Shown here piece by piece: positions 61,431-64,000 of a DNA stretch of 64,000 nt (its first letter is position 1; each line of letters opens with the position of its first letter). The position numbers were made by a program, and so were the translations under genes. Under the pieces are notes generated by a model. It was not told the DNA's origin. It saw only the letters and a list, made by a program, of their open reading frames with translations, and made no database searches. Location: the NCBI GenBank assembly GCA_002840305.1, contig PHAI01000001.1, positions 29,734-93,733 of the forward strand, written 5' to 3'. Origin of the DNA: Candidatus Falkowbacteria bacterium HGW-Falkowbacteria-1 (GTDB lineage: Bacteria > Patescibacteriota > Patescibacteriia > Patescibacteriales > UBA12465).

Positions 61431-64000
61431 ATGAAAAGATTCAACAAAATCTTTACATCATTAGTCATGGTGATGACAGTTTTTGTAATGAGTGGATTTA
61501 CTATGTTAGTAAATGTTTCTCCTACTTTAGCTGCAGCACAAGCTGGTGACCTTATTAAAAAAGACGGTCTTTCAGCTGTGTATTACTTAGGCGATGATGG
61601 AAAAAGATATGTATTTCCAAACGAATCTACTTACAAATCATGGTACAGTGACTTCTCAGGTGTTGTTACTGTTTCTTCTGATGAATTAGCTAGTTACCCA
61701 TTGGGTGCTAACGTAGTAGTTCGCCCTGGAACAAAATTAGTAAAAATCACAACAGATCCAAAGGTTTACACAGTTGAACCAAACGGATCATTAAGATGGA
61801 TACAAACAGAAGCTGACGCCACTGCTTTATACGGAGCCAACTGGGCACAACGTGTAATCGACGTGTCTGATGCTTTTTTCACTAACTATGTAATCGGAAC
61901 TCCTTTGGCTTCTAATCAGACTCCAGTAGGATCTTTGGTTAAAAAGGCTGGTGAAACTAACATTTATTACTACGATGGTACTAACTATCGTTTAATAGAA
62001 GACGAAGTTGCTTTCTTAGCAAATAGATTCCAACATGCTAATATTTTGACATTAGCTTCTTTCACTGCTGGTGGTTCTACAATCACTGGTTCTGAAGCTG
62101 CTCTTATCAAAACATCACAAGCTGGAGCTGCTACAGGATGGCAACCAGGTCAAGGAACAGGCGTTACAGTTGCTTTAAACTCAATGACTCCTGCTGCTCA
62201 ATCAGTTCCACAAACTGTAGGAAGAATTCCTTTTTTAAAGGTTAATCTAACAGCTTCTAATGATGGTGCAACCAATTTAGAATCTATTACAGTTAAAAGA
62301 ACTGGTTTAACTGGAACTTGGACTACTTTCAAGGTTTGGGCTGAAAAAGACGGAGTAATGGTTACTTCAAAAAGAGCATTAACATCTAATGATGATGCTG
62401 TTTTAACTTTCGCTCCAGCTTTAACTATCGCAGCTGGTCAAACAGCTACTTTAGAAATTTTAGCCGAAGTTGCCGGTGCTTCTGGTAATGGTGCTTTAGG
62501 AATTGCTTCTGCCTCAGCTGTTTCAGCTTCTGGTTCAACAGTTTCTGGATCATTCCCAATCACTGGTAACTTAATGAGTTTCACTGATTATGATGTTACA
62601 GAATTAACATTTGATTCTCCAGCAAACAGCTATGTTTACAAAGTTGGTGATGAAGATGTTGAATTAGGTCAATTTGACATTAACTTTACATCTGACGAGC
62701 GTGATGTTGTTGTTAGCTCCGTAATGTTGAGAAACACTGGAGTTGAAGATTTATCAACAGCTTTAATGAATGTAAAATTAGAAAACAATGGAAACGTTGT
62801 TTCTAGTAATGCCACTTTTAATGGTCGTTATGCAACCTTTACTTTCAGTAATGGTGGATTAACTATGTTAAAAGATGACGGTGATCAAACATTTACTATC
62901 AAAGGTGATATAATCGGAAAAGACAGTACTGGAACAGACAGCGTTGTTTTCAAATTAAATAAGACAGAAGACCTTTATGCTTATGAAAAAGCTACTGGTT
63001 TTGGAGTTTCTTATGGAAATGGAAATGCTGTAGATGTTTCAGACACTGAAATTCAATCTGGCGCTGTAACAGTTTCTAAGAAATCAAGCTCTCCTTCTGA
63101 TACTACAGTTATCAAAGGATCAAAGAGCGTGGTTGCTTTAGTAGCTAACATCAGAGCCGATGAAATTATTTCATCTGACGGTTTATCTGTTTACTATATG
63201 GACGACAGTGCTTTCGACTATTCATTTAGCAATGTTAAAGTTTACTTAAACAATGCTTTATTGGGTTCATTTGATACAGCAGCTACAAGTTCTGTAGCTT
63301 ATACAGCTGAATTACTTGATTCTTCATTGAACTTGAAAAAGGGTGACAATGAAGTTAAAGTTACTGTTGATGTAAAATCAGCTGCTACAGCTGGCGATAA
63401 TATCAAAATCAAATTAGACGGAGCTGATTTATTGGATGTTCCAGAATATGTAAGCAATGGTATTGCTGTTGACGCTGGTGACATTTCAGGAACAGCTACT
63501 GGATCTGAAATCTCAGTAGAAGGTGGTGATTTAACTGTAACTAGAAACGATGGTTATGCTTCAGGCAGAATCGTTGTTAAAGGTTCAGCTGATGTGTCTT
63601 TAGGTAAATTTGCTGTTAAAGCATCTAATGATGTTATCAAAATCACTAGCATTAGTTTGGGTAGCAATGTAGTTACTGGAGATGAAATTACTGATTCTTC
63701 AGTTTACGACATGAAACTTTTTGTTGACGGTGTGCAAATCGGAACAACAAGAAATTTCTCCGGTGGAGCTACTTTCTCTTCATTGAATTACACTATCGCT
63801 CAAAATGTTACAAAGGTTATTGAATTAAAAGGTTCTTTTGATTCAGCATCTACTGGTACTTTTGAGACATTAGCTACTTTCAACTCTCAGGACTCTTTAG
63901 GAAAAGCTATTGGAGCTAAAACAGCTTCAACAACTGATTTTGAAGTTACTGAACTAGGAGATTTGATTGTAGAGACAGGAGCAGATACTCCTAACGCTGA
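61431..64000 (+). CDS. Large secreted repetitive surface protein (S-layer-like); 3' end outside the window; absent from the ORF track
   Basis: Hand translation from ATG 61431 gives no stop through 64000 (>856 aa). Signal peptide MKRFNKIFTSLVMVMTVFVMSGFTMLVNVSPTLAAAQA. Two VYY..G.RY.FPN modules, then four or more ~140-150-aa Thr/Ser/Gly/Val-rich beta-type repeats. GC and codon bias differ from neighbouring genes. Confidence 0.8.
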   Translation, partial: MKRFNKIFTSLVMVMTVFVMSGFTMLVNVSPTLAAAQAGDLIKKDGLSAVYYLGDDGKRYVFPNESTYKSWYSDFSGVVTVSSDELASYPLGANVVVRPGTKLVKITTDPKVYTVEPNGSLRWIQTEADATALYGANWAQRVIDVSDAFFTNYVIGTPLASNQTPVGSLVKKAGETNIYYYDGTNYRLIEDEVAFLANRFQHANILTLASFTAGGSTITGSEAALIKTSQAGAATGWQPGQGTGVTVALNSMTPAAQSVPQTVGRIPFLKVNLTASNDGATNLESITVKRTGLTGTWTTFKVWAEKDGVMVTSKRALTSNDDAVLTFAPALTIAAGQTATLEILAEVAGASGNGALGIASASAVSASGSTVSGSFPITGNLMSFTDYDVTELTFDSPANSYVYKVGDEDVELGQFDINFTSDERDVVVSSVMLRNTGVEDLSTALMNVKLENNGNVVSSNATFNGRYATFTFSNGGLTMLKDDGDQTFTIKGDIIGKDSTGTDSVVFKLNKTEDLYAYEKATGFGVSYGNGNAVDVSDTEIQSGAVTVSKKSSSPSDTTVIKGSKSVVALVANIRADEIISSDGLSVYYMDDSAFDYSFSNVKVYLNNALLGSFDTAATSSVAYTAELLDSSLNLKKGDNEVKVTVDVKSAATAGDNIKIKLDGADLLDVPEYVSNGIAVDAGDISGTATGSEISVEGGDLTVTRNDGYASGRIVVKGSADVSLGKFAVKASNDVIKITSISLGSNVVTGDEITDSSVYDMKLFVDGVQIGTTRNFSGGATFSSLNYTIAQNVTKVIELKGSFDSASTGTFETLATFNSQDSLGKAIGAKTASTTDFEVTELGDLIVETGADTPNA

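Noticed and set aside
63299-63484. 61-aa minus-strand ORF, the only track ORF listed after 60960.
   Set aside because: It is antisense to the long open + frame starting at 61431, which has a signal peptide and repeat structure.
1-64000. Search by eye for transposases, integrases, phage genes, toxin-antitoxin pairs, restriction-modification or other defence systems, and rRNA.
   Set aside because: No ORF showed the relevant motifs (DDE, Tyr/Ser recombinase, RT, Cas and others). The accessory content is confined to surface-structure genes and non-coding repeats.

Overview
This is an AT-rich (about one-third GC by eye), densely coded 64-kb bacterial chromosome segment with most genes on the + strand.

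**Core content, in order:** a VanW protein (5' partial), tsaD, tRNA-Glu and ychF. Next come a CsoR-family regulator with a trxA-gdh-trxB redox cluster, an RluA-type pseudouridine synthase and a Wzx-type flippase. These are followed by nusA, the membrane pyrophosphatase hppA, tig, and smpB followed directly by tmRNA. Then tRNA-Leu, tRNA-Gly, infC-rpmI-rplT-secG, a family-5 solute-binding protein, RNase J and a DUF368 membrane protein. The rest are a UvrD/AddA-like helicase-nuclease, a P-type ATPase, rarA, a CNNM/CorC transporter, ileS, lemA-htpX, a short pyruvate kinase and an ECF-like sigma factor.

**Accessory content:**
- There are four prepilin-type (FTLIELL-class) genes. Three share one pilin-head cassette but differ at the C-terminus: a 7-bladed propeller-like repeat, a FISUMP-like lectin domain in permuted order, or nothing.
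- The fourth pilin-like gene encodes 1117 aa. Its LamG-like domain appears split by two tandem 7-blade repeat units.
- A low-GC glycosylation island lies at about 49.6-59.2 kb. It holds a GtrB/Dpm1-like GT2, two GT4, a frameshifted pyruvyl transferase, two GT2 and two GT-C/GT39-like membrane enzymes.
- A large, compositionally distinct surface-layer-like ORF starts at 61431 and runs off the 3' end. It is absent from the supplied ORF track.

**Non-coding content:**
- A dispersed REP-like hairpin element occurs at 5 loci.
- Promoter-proximal arrays of a 9-nt phased AATCYYAAG-type motif occur at 6 or more loci.
- Two copies of an approximately 72-bp element with terminal inverted repeats are present.
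- A 26-bp helix lies in the 400-nt region upstream of the surface-protein gene.

The gene style suggests a CPR/Patescibacteria (Parcubacteria-like) genome, but this is inference only.

I found no rRNA, CRISPR/cas, transposase, integrase, prophage, or recognisable defence or toxin-antitoxin system. The candidate 'system' I can support is a cell-surface one: modular pilin-adhesins, a polyprenyl-phosphate-dependent glycosylation island and an S-layer-like gene, all embedded in repeat-rich intergenic DNA. All functions come from motif recognition by eye. No searches were run.
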